This document shows, in pieces, positions 24,061-35,072 of a DNA stretch of 64,000 nt. The number at the start of each line of letters is the position of its first letter. Position 1 is the stretch's first letter. The position numbers and the translations under genes were made by a program. The stretch is from Schmidtea polychroa (Eukaryota), in contig JBJFYX010000150.1 of the NCBI GenBank assembly GCA_044892525.1, positions 62,001 to 126,000 on the forward strand. The letters run 5' to 3'. Under the pieces are notes generated by a model that searched no databases, was not told where the DNA came from, and was given only the letters and a program-made list of their open reading frames with translations.

Positions 24061-24598
24061 CAATATATATGTATATATATTAAATACCCTCATTTATATT
24101 CGCTAATTTATATTCCTAATATTTAAATTAACTTTGATTTTTGAGTAAATTTTAATTTGACTATATATACTTATCATACTCCTCTTATGAATATTAACTA
24201 ATCTTAATTTAAAATTGCATTATCTCTCTAACTATAAATCTATACAACATCCTTCCTATATTTACTTTAATTGATATTAAACTACATTTAGAAATAAATT
24301 GATATGATTATCTGAATTATTCTGTTTCTTAAAAACATTCATAGCACTGACCGGAATGGGAAAACCCTATATCTATATACAATATATTTACTTATAATCT
24401 ACAGCAAATATAACCTGAATGAATCCAACCACATCCTTTGATGAATAAACCTGACAGAAGCCTTAACAAGCCTCTCCCAACAGCTACTACAGAACCTGAC
24501 CGAAGCCGCAACAATACTAAAACATCACCCGACAAACCTCCCACGTCCCACATAGGACTCAGATTGCAACTAAACTATCTGACATATTATCCGTGTAT

Positions 24599-24683
24599 AT
24601 TATCAGTGTAGGTCAATGTAGGAGCCCCTGTAGCGGCTCCGCCTCACTGATAATTCCTTTTTTTTTTTTTTTTTTTTTTTTTT
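24599..24683 (+). other. Conserved stem-loop followed by T26
   Basis: Outer stem ATTATCAGTG/CACTGATAAT, inner GGAGCC/GGCTCC; homolog at 59161-59216. Confidence 0.85.
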
Positions 24684-24857
24684 CAATTTTTTAGTTCTTA
24701 GTTTGTTGTATAATTATAACCACCTATCTTTAATAATACCTCTTCCTTTGACCTATCTTTCTAATACTTAATATAATATAATGTATAATATTTGACCACA
24801 AATGGAGTCTTCCAACTCCGCCCTACTTAATTAACTTTTAGTGCTCCTAACCACATA

Positions 24858-25606
24858 GAAGCCTCTCCTACTGAACCTGACAGAAGCCCTAACAAGCCTC
24901 TCCTACTGAACCTGACAGAAGCCTTAACAAGCCTCTCCTACTGAACCTGACAGAAGCCTTAACAATACTAAACCTGACAGAAGCCTAACAATACTAAAGC
25001 CTTAACAATACTGAACCTGACAGAAGCCTTAACAATACTGAACCTGACAGAAGCCTTAACAAGCCTCTCCTACCGAACCTGACAGAAGCCTTAACAAGCC
25101 TCTCCTACTGAACCTGACAGAAGCCTTAACAAGCCTCTCCTACTGAACCTGACAGAAGCCTTAACAAGCCTCTCCTACTGAACCTGACAGAAGCCTTAAC
25201 AATACTAAACCTGACAGAAGCCTAACAATACTAAAGCCTTAACAATACTGAACCTGACAGAAGCCTTAACAATACTGAACCTGACAGAAGCCTTAACAAG
25301 CCTCTCCTACCGAACCTGACAGAAGCCTTAACAGGCCTCTCCTACTGAACCTGACAGAAGCCTTAACAAACCTCTCCTACTGATCCTGACAGAAGCCCTA
25401 ACAAACCTCTCCTACTGATCCTGAAGCCTAACAATACTAAACCTGACAGAAGCCCTAACAATACTGAACCTGACAGAAGCCTAACAATACTAAACCTGAC
25501 AGAAGCCTTAACAATACTGAACCTGACAGAAGCCTTAACAATACTGAACCTGACAGAAGCCTTAACAATTCTGAACCTGACAGAAGCCTTAACAAGCCTC
25601 TCCTAA
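24858..25606 (+). repeat. Minisatellite of 35-bp and 27-bp units with a higher-order repeat
   Basis: Units aagcctctcctactgaacctgacagaagccttaac and aatactgaacctgacagaagccttaac; block at 24964 repeated at 25201. Confidence 0.95.
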
Positions 25607-28600
25607 CAATTCCTAACATCAACAACTAATACCGAAACCTGACAGAACTCTTACAGAACGTTTAATGTAGGAGTATTACACTCCAGCATCTATTGTTTAT
25701 CCAAATAAAAGCTTCAGATTACATAAGGGTGAGAATCGATCTCCCCTTCTTGGCCAGGAGGCCCGAGAAATTTAATAAAATAAAATTTGATTTTTTTTTT
25801 TTCTAAATTTATCATTGTGCATTTATTTTATCGGGGTTTTGTGACTTATATAATACAGTACAGATAAAATTTTGTCAACAAACAGTCTTCCGTTTACTTA
25901 TACAATTGAAATTTCTGTGTTTATGCATTGACATTTTGATGTGCTAAGGCATATACGCATGAATTAAAACGTGCCAATCCAATTAGTCCATGCGCCATTG
26001 GGTGGATTCAATCAGCAATAAGTTTTTATTACAATTATTATTAAAGTTTTTATTAAGAATAATATTATTATTTTTAAATTATTAAGACTTTTGTTATGAA
26101 TTACAGAATTATCGAAAATTATTATTATTTTTAAAAAATTATTATTATTATTATTTTAAAATATTTAACAATACCATATAGGAGATATTTAGGCCATTTT
26201 GAGTATTTTTAGTTAATTTATATACATCAGTATTATCTGACATTTTGAGGTATCAATATATACAACAAATCAATAAAATAAAGACCATTTGGGTAGCATA
26301 TTGTAATTTATATATTCTAATATTGTAAAACTGGTTCTAAGAGTAAACATAAATCTAAATTATTGTGCAATTACATTCATTACAACCTAATAAACCTAAA
26401 ACGATATAATTTCACAGTAACTATTATTGACTCATAGCTAAATACTGACTATTTCCTTTGAAACATTGATATTTACCAATAAGAAAATTGTCAATTTAAA
26501 TAGATATATTCAAAACATTTCCACCTTAACCGATCCCTCACCAAATATTTCTACCCCTTTAAACATTCAACCGACTATATCCCTTTACAAATCCTATATC
26601 TCCATCTTAACCGAACCGTTACTAAATCCAACCGACTATATCCCTTAATTCCACCAACTTGAGCCCTTTAACATATCAATTCTCATAAAATCCATAGACA
26701 ATTATTCAAAATATGAATTTTATTTAATTGTTACAGACATCAAACATTTTTTCATTGAAATAATTTAGTAGCTAAATTCATGTAGTAAGAGCTCACTAAA
26801 AGATCAAAATTCACTAAAATCAATATTTTCTACAAATATTTCACCCCATTTACCATCAAATACCTAACTAGGGATGATAATTTCTCATTGATTGATCATA
26901 ATTTTTCATCGATTCTTGAAAATGATGCACAAATTAAGCTTTATAAATATTCAAGTAAATAATAATGAAATGTGGAAAATAAAATAATAANNNNNNNNNN
27001 NNNNNNNNNNNNNNNNNNNNNNNNNNNNNNNNNNNNNNNNNNNNNNNNNNNNNNNNNNNNNNNNNNNNNNNNNNNNNNNNNNNNNNNNNNNNNNNNNNNN
27101 NNNNNNNNNNNNNNNNNNNNNGTAACCAGTACTTTTGTGAGCAATACCCATAAAGGGACAAAATATCTTGTCGGATAAACTCAGAATATATATAATAAAA
27201 CTATAAAAAAAATAATAATTATAAAAATTGAGTTGACCTACATATTTTAAAAATATTTTCTAAGTATTTGAGTTGACCTAAATAATCTTTGAGTTGACCT
27301 ACATATTTTTGAGTTGACCTACTTAATTTTTTAAAGACGTTTTTGAGTTGACTTACATAAAAACTATAGAATATTTTGAGAAAAAATCTTGAAAACCCTT
27401 GAAAATTGTAAAAAATTATAAACTTTCTGAGTAAAACCCTTGAAAAATATAACATTTTTAAGAAAATCCTTGAAAACCCTTGAAACCCGTTAAAAATCAT
27501 AAAAAATTATAAAAATTTATAAAACATTATAAATTTTTGAGTCGACCTACATAATTTTTATAAAAAAAATTTCGGGGGGGGGGTATGTGAATTTGCGGGT
27601 CCCTAACCATCTACTGATTAGGGAAAAATACAAAAAAATAAGGGGAATTATGTTTTAGATTGCTGAAAAAATAGTGAGTAAAAAAATTGAAAATAAGAAG
27701 TGAATAACAATAATCAATAAAATAAAACAATAAAATATTACAAGGTCATACAGCATATAAAGGAAAACTAAAATAGAAAATCAATTAGAAATAGAATTTC
27801 CTTATCTCGCCTTTAAAAGGAAACACAATTTGAATCAAAAGACACAATTTGTAAAGGAGGAAAAGGAAACAGAATTTGAAAAGAAAAAAAAAGAAAACAG
27901 AATTAAAAACAAAATGCAAAGTGAAGTATGAAATTACTGGAGAAAACAATGTCAAATCGAAGAAGCAAAATAAAACCAAATAAAGTTATCAGTCGGGAGT
28001 ATCAATTTATTTTAAATTAAAGCCATGACAGCCACTAAATTGAAATATTCAAGTAGTTTGGAATTCCAAGTTGTATTGTAAACGTGATAATCTGCTCAAA
28101 GAATTGCTAATAGCATTCAAGTCGTTGTAATATTGGATGATTATTGTCGCTGATAATCATTTGCATTAAACAATAAAAGTTTATATTATCTAGAATTCGA
28201 TATTTTTGTTAAACAAGGCATGCTTTGGAGTCAGATCAATAATTGTTAATTTCATATTCCACTTACGACCAAAGAATTTTAAAAAATTTGTAAAACACTT
28301 TTGTATAATTTGTTTATTTTACAACTTGATTTTTATTTGTTAATAAAAGTTTTCCATCTTTTCCCATTAAACATTTTTAAATTTTTTATTTTTTCTTTTA
28401 AATTACCAAACTTTTCAACTTTATAAGGTTTTAATATTTTAAATACTGAAATTTCGTTTTTAAAATTCTTTCATCTTAATATTTCCAATTATCGTATCGA
28501 CTTCCTTATCTTTGAACAAATAGCTTTTTTCGGTTACCATTTCAAATAAACAGGTTTTTATTTAAAAATTATACAATTATACAATATTATTCTTGAGAAC

Positions 28601-30117
28601 ATTTGTGAAAAGTTGTCAATGTGAGTCTTACTTTTGGTATAGAGTGAGTCGAGCACATTTTATGAGTTATTGTTTGTTATGTCTCACAGTTTTTGTTCTA
28701 CCGAGTGTCAAAATAATCATGTCCAAAATTTCAAAAAATATACAATATAAAAATTGTTTATTTCGTATAAAAGGTTTTTCCTATGGAAGTCATTGATTCA
28801 AATTTCGCTATCAGCTAAGCTATTTCTACACATTTGTTAATAGAGAACAAAATCAAAATTTAAATTACCGCTAATAAAACGCTAATCTATTAAAACAAAA
28901 AGTTCTGTTGAAAAATATTAAATTTTTATTAATGATTTTATGTAAAAATTGGCTTACCATTTAAAGTATGTTATTAAAAAAATTATTTTTTTTGCAAATA
29001 TTTGGTTTAAATAAAAATATAATCTCTGAAAATGTAAAAATTTTTATTCTAATTATTTTTAATTTTATCTGATTCTAAATTCGATATCGAAATTGCATTT
29101 GTTGACACAATGTAAGATTGACTAATTTAAAATTTTTATTAAAAAAAATTCAAATCAAGATAGGAAATAAATCCGTTTAAGCAATTAAATTTCCAAAAAT
29201 ATTTAAATTAAATAATCAGATACAGAATTAATTAGAATCGATTTATGGACTCAATTAAAACAAAAAAATAATTAACTATGCAGTTAATCAATAAAAACAA
29301 ATTAGTATTAAATTTTATCTCAATTAATATTTCCCGTAATCAGATTTGTTAGAAATTAATGAAAAATTTATTACAGTCATGTGTTGATTTGTTTTAATTA
29401 TGTGGAATATAGAGTTCAAATAAAAACAAACATTTTCGTGTTTTTAATCCGCTTAAACATTAATTCTAATTGAGATAAATGTTCCTCGCAATTCACAGAG
29501 AATATTTCCAAGATAATCCTTTTGAAATGAATTTTTCGTTATTATTTATAAATAAACATCGACAGAAATTGGAAATATTTTTATTAATTCCAACAAACGC
29601 TTTCTACACATTCATGTTTAAATGGTTTTCTTTATATAATTGTTTTAATGCCGAATAGCAATTTTTAACTGTTAATGAAAATTACATTCTATTACTTTTT
29701 GAAATGTTTCATAAAATAAATTCATTTTCCAAATTAATTCTTTTAATAGAAAAACATTTATTAAGGAATTTTTAACAATTTTGTTCGATGACATCTTTAT
29801 ATTTATTAATCAGCTCCATATTCTACCATGGTTATGAGCTCAAGTTAATAGGACCGAGGTTGACCGAGGACATCCAAATTCAGATTTCTTAATTTTCCCC
29901 GTCATAATATTGCCACCTTGTAGTGGAAATCAGCCAAGTGCAAAACTAACATGGTAATCGAAACCCGTGCTCAATTTTAATGATTTTTTATAAAATTCTG
30001 AAGATCTCTTATTAATTGTGTTTTAAAATAATAACGACAAACACAAAATAATATTATTGTTTTTTTTATTTATTAGAACATTTCTATGTATCAAAAATTT
30101 ACATTCAATTATTACTA

Positions 30118-31570
30118 TACCTAAATCCAAAATATAAAAGTCTCTAAAATCTAAAAAAAATCGATAAAATTATAGTATAGGAACACACAAACTTACTTGT
30201 GTGTAAAAACATAATTTTCCGAAAGTTACACCAAACACCGCTGAGAACCGTTTCCCATAATATAACAAAGAAATCAATAATCTTCTTTTATAGAAACATA
30301 CATACTTACTTTGATTTCACGCTGATGTTCTCATTTATAGTGCAGTGTACATCTTGTACTATAGAAATCTAAAAAGTGGAAGAAAAATTAAAAACTGCAC
30401 ACATGCAAAATATATACTAAAAGACACATACAAACTTTTGATTCATAGAAATGCACAGCTGAGATACGTTTCTATAATAACTTTATTTAAGACAATTTTT
30501 ATAAAAAAAAGATCACTGTAAATTTTTTAAAATATATTTTTAATGAAATTACCAAGAGCAGATGAATTTGGTTAAATGTCTTCAATCCAAATTGATCTCA
30601 GAAAACAATTACAAAAATTAAAAAAGTTATTTTATTCATATTCGGCGATTTTTCCCAAAATGTTTTAGAAAAATTCATATTTTTGGTGATTGATTTATTT
30701 ATTAAATTAAAATTAAAATATATTTGACTCACATTTTTTCGAAATAATTCCAAAATACTTTAAGATAAATGTCATAAAATTCCTAAAAAAAACCCTGAAA
30801 ATTAATTAAAAATAATTTATAATTATACTGTTGATTAAAAGTAATATTTAAGAACTTCAATAATGATGGATCAAAATTCAAGTCTTAAAATTTACTTAAA
30901 ATTTAATATCTTACCTGAAAGCTATTTGTAAAATGGCTAAAATAAATTTACAAAATATGATGAGAAATCATGAAAAATTCATTAAATTGGTGTGTGAGCA
31001 ATTTCTCTACACGCCAACCACCGCTATAGAGAATGTATCTCAGTAGTGTTTGGTGTAAAGGTTTTATATAAGAATTGAAAAAGTGACAGAAAAATAATTT
31101 TACATACAAACACAGCACACATAATATAAATACATGAAATTTTTTATTGCCTTTTTTATTCCGAAAGTTTAAAGTAATTAACTTATTGTTAACATGTCAT
31201 TATTTTTAATATATCAAAAAATCATGGGGGAAAAAACTTTAGATTTTGATTTGAACAACTCTACTTTGAGCTTTCGAGAAAAGACGACAAAACATCGTAA
31301 GATCTATTTATAAAGTATTTTTGAAGTTAATATTTCTTTAGATTTTCAGATATTTCTCTGGAAACGCTACCTTTTTGCGAAGGTTAAAGAATTTTTTCAT
31401 TTAATTACAAATAATTAAAATATTTTACAGTACATCAGATATTTCTTGTCAAACGACTTTGTGTGAAGGTAGCATTTCTAATATTCAACAAAGTCCATCT
31501 ACATCCTTGGATTTGCAGAAAAAAATTCGAAAATCGTATATTTTAATAACTTGTTTAATAAAAATAATAT
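30118..31570 (+). mobile_element. Partial copy of the TA-flanked CACCTAAATC element, interrupted by a MITE
   Basis: 30118-30226 and 31058-31570 are the reverse complement of about 63407-63300 and 63300-62600; right end approximate. Confidence 0.75.
30229..31055. mobile_element. TA-flanked MITE (827 bp), same family as 16274-18002
   Basis: TIR CACCAAACACCGCTGAGA / TCTCAGTAGTGTTTGGTG; TA duplication supported by the empty site near 63295 (minus strand GAAAGT-TA-AAAGTG). Confidence 0.9.
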
Positions 31571-31632
31571 TTTCAAAATAATATTTTCAAAATAATATTT
31601 TCAAAATAATATTTTACAAAAAATAATATTTT
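31561..31632. repeat. Short tandem repeat (aaaataatattttc)n
   Basis: About five consecutive 14-bp units. Confidence 0.85.
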
Positions 31633-31689
31633 ACATCTGTGCACACACTCACACAATTTTCCTATTTCAAATGTTTTTTATTCACATTT

Positions 31690-32951
31690 GCATCGACTAT
31701 TTCAAAATGTCCTCGCCAGCTGTCGTTTGTTTCAATTCTTGACAAAAAGAAATAATCATTAACAATCATTGCTCCTCATACAAATCTTAAAAATGACAGT
31801 AACTGAGCTTTATTGTTGATATAAGTGCTCTAAACATTCATTCAACTGTAATTCAATGTCATCAGGCAAATCTTCAATTCGTCTCCCAATCCTTTTTGAC
31901 AACAGTGACATATTCTTAAATTTTTCAACAGCATCATTTGTTAGCATGCATTCACCAGCAATTTTATAGATGGCAAAACTATTTCCTCTCCTTCAGCGTG
32001 GGGTTTTTTTCTTTGCAAGGAGTTGAGCAATACGATAGCTTGCGATTTGAGCTTGATCGGATGTAGTTACGTAATTTTTTAATTTATTTGCTTGTCTTTG
32101 AAGATTCGATCTTAAGTTCTCGAAATAACTGATTGGATTGTTCTTTTGTTCACAATGGTTTGCTTCGAGATGTCGAATTAGTTTGCTTGGATACATAAAT
32201 TCATTGTTGAAACCTTTTGCACAAATGAGACAAAACGGCAGCGAGGGATCGTTTTCTAATGCAATAAATCCATATTGCAGATATTCATCCTGATACTTTC
32301 GCTTTTTTACTTTTCATGATACAATTGCCTTATCATCGTTTTCTCATATGGCTTCTTCTTCTCACTTTCGTCTTTCCGAATAACAAAACTGTCCATCCAA
32401 GATTTAGATAACTAAAGTTACTTAGTAACTAAGTAATTAATTATCAATTTTTATTTTGTAAATTTTAATTTTCAAAATTGTTTTCAAATCTTCAAATGCA
32501 AATATAATTATTTTACTACGTTAGAACATTTAATTAGATTCTAAGTAATATTTAAATTTTAAATATTACTTAATTTTTATTTAAATATTTAAATATTTTA
32601 AATTTTAAAATAAAAGCATTTTATATACACAATTGAATTTCAAACCTTACTTACAAAACGCTCTATAATCATACCCGATTTAACCGTAATATATGTCGTA
32701 CCCAATTCATCAATACCAAGCTAGATCGAGTCAAATTACGCGCTTGTACAAAAATCATCGCAACATTTTGTTACAAGAAAGACACTGAACTCAAAATTAA
32801 AACAATCGATTATCAATAATAAGATTTTTGAAAAAATTTAGCAATTTGAAATTGTTTTGAAATTTTTGAAAAACACATGCAATTCTAAATATTTTTCAAA
32901 ACTTCTCATGGCACTCTAAGGTGACGGTGGTACACGGGTTGCCCGACACTG
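31690..32951 (-). mobile_element. hAT Buster/Charlie element, 5' part with degraded transposase
   Basis: Minus-strand end CAGTGTCGGGCAAC flanked by an nnnTAnnn-type site (CTCTACAC); YQDEYLQYGFI..PFCLIC..MYPSKLIRHLEANH..ASYRIAQLLAKKK and LFLFCQELKQTTAGEDIL. Confidence 0.85.
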
Positions 32952-33199
32952 GTGTAGAGTGTATCTCATTGAAATTAACAATAATAACATCAGAGTAAGG
33001 GATATATTTCTATATTATGACGTTATTGATTTTATAGAAGGTGTTTTTTAGTGTGTAGTGATTTTACAGCTGTTTTGTTATTTTTTTATTTTTTAAAGAT
33101 TATTATTAAAAATGTTTGTTTGAATATTTAGTATTAGATAGCTTTGTGAATATAGCGGATTGTAAATTTGTAAGAAAATCTTTAAGAATTGTTCAATTA

Positions 33200-34060
33200 T
33201 TTTTCTTATTATTCTAAACGGTGCGCCGATCCAACATTTGCAAACGAGCAACGATAATATAATTCATTTAATTATCGGTCTAAGCTTAAAGTCATTTGTT
33301 ATTATCGTACTATTGGCCTCATTGTGCGCCTGCTTCATCATTACAGAAACTTATCTGTCATTTTTAAAGATACTGGAAATTTAGGTTTAGGTTGAACTAA
33401 TATTTCCTTCTAAAAAGTCTAGAAGTTTCTGGTCATCAGGAATTTACCAAAAACATGATTATTGAAACTTTACCCTGTTGTTCTTCAATGAAAAAAGCGA
33501 TTTTTGTTCAAATAATTGCCATAATATATAGACAAAAACACTAGTTAAAATCAAATTTCAAATAAAAGTCATATTGTTTTATTTATATTCACAGACCATT
33601 AAAAGAAAAAGTTTTAAAAATTGGTTTTGTCATTTTTAAATTAAAAAAGAGAATTATTTAATTGTTTAACTTATCCTGATTCATAATATTATGAACCTCC
33701 CTAAGGCCAGTATAGATCTGATCATGAAACTGAGACGAAAATAATTCGAGTAATTCATAAAATAAAAAGAAGAATCTCGATAATTTTAGGTGACATCTCA
33801 GTAATGAAATCATTTTTCCTTTTCATCATTGGAAATGACAAATATCGAATTCAATTAGTTCAATACTGATTTGATTTAGAAGTATTTCTTTCAATAGTTA
33901 TTATCTCTACAGGTCGTCAGGGATCAGGAGCACCATCAATTCCTTTGAATTGGTATTTACTCTCCCAATACATAGCTACAAGTTCTTTGACACTTTTCTT
34001 CCAAGGGAATATAGAGTTGAATCTTCCGACTGTATTATGACAAGATAACGCCACTTAAAA
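33200..34060 (-). pseudogene. Highly degraded mariner-like transposase remnant
   Basis: DGAPDP*RPVEIIT (similar to D..RSGRP) and GKVSIIMF (similar to GKVMASVF); many stops; boundaries approximate. Confidence 0.35.
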
Positions 34061-34568
34061 GAAAACAATTTTTGTTCANNNNNNNNNNNNNNNNNNNNNN
34101 NNNNNNNNNNNNNNNNNNNNNNNNNNNNNNNNNNNNNNNNNNNNNNNNNNNNNNNNNNNNNNNNNNNNNNNNNNNNNNNNNNNNNNNNNNNNNNNNNNNN
34201 NNNNNNNNNNNNNNNNNNNNNNNNNNNNNNNNNNNNNNNNNNNNNNNNNNNNNNNNNCGTTATCAAAACATTATAAAAAAAGCTAGGTGAATTTAATTTC
34301 TCTTAATGTTAATATGTTATAATTTTCTCTAATAATTAATAATTCATTTAATAGTCAAAATTGCGGGGCGTATTGCAGAGGCATTCTAGTTATTTTTCAA
34401 AGAAAATTCTCGGCAAACTGTTTCTCTGCTTTAAAAACCAAGATAATTATTTTATTATCCTTTATTTAAATTACAAGAAATTAAGGATAATTACTGTTTC
34501 TTCTCTCCGCATCAATTCATCCTTTGAAATTCTCTCGCAAGTAGAAACGTAATTCCAGATTATAGAAA

Positions 34569-34570
<2 letters not shown>

Positions 34571-34603
<33 letters not shown>
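34571..34603. repeat. (AAT)11 microsatellite
   Basis: Perfect repeat. Confidence 0.97.
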
Positions 34604-35009
34604 TACGGAGCTGAGCAGTTTCAAGCTGCCTCTCATTTATCTCGGGTAATTTTTTAATTTAGTTTTGGTAAAAAAACAATTTTTTTTCATGAAATAAAAT
34701 ATTTGAAAATAAATTTTTGTTCAATTTGAATAAATAATGGCAAGTGAAAACATTTTCATTACACTTAAAATTTTTAAAATCTCTCTATATACAAAAAAGC
34801 TAAGGGTCCCCTCCATCCGAATTTTACTTTCTTTTTTTTTAATTTTTTTTAATTTTTTTTTAAAATTTTTTTTTGAAGTATTTATTCTTTTGTATTTATC
34901 GTTTTATATTACTTAGAAACGGTTTATGCTATTATCTTTTATCATAGTTATGTAAACATATTAATAAACTGAATCTTACTCCTGTCCAAGAATACCCTGG
35001 ATATTAACT

Positions 35010-35072
35010 TTAACATTAACCCCACGTTTTAACGGGGTTGGTGAAGCGAAGCGAACAGGGCAGAGCCCCTAG
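35010..35072 (+). mobile_element. Helitron/Helentron-like 3' terminus
   Basis: AACCCC..GGGGTT palindrome, GCGAAGC, hairpin GGGC-AGA-GCCC, then CTAG (35069-35072) followed by T. Confidence 0.65.

Larger units (their letters stand above)
21407..25802 (+). mobile_element. Unclassified ORF- and hairpin-bearing dispersed element, copy 1
   Basis: Colinear homology with 58462-61972 (-): ORF N-terminus, internal hairpins, PPYSIPKP block, Ser/Asp tract, ATTATCAGTG..CACTGATAAT stem-loop, 3' module gattacataagggtgagaa..ctccccttc and terminal aaataaaatttga(T)n. Confidence 0.8.
21023..27610. mobile_element. Pair of inverted termini (foldback-like TIR element) bracketing 6.6 kb
   Basis: ATGGTTAGGGACCCGCTAACTCACATACCCCCC at 21023 versus GGGGGGTATGTGAATTTGCGGGTCCCTAACCAT ending 27610; subterminal repeats (ttttcaagggtt left; gaaaacccttgaaa and ttgagttgacctac right, 27228-27550); no TSD found. 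Confidence 0.75.

Noticed and set aside
24858-25606. CRISPR array (35-bp repeats)
   Set aside because: Contiguous units with no unique spacers, no cas genes, eukaryotic context
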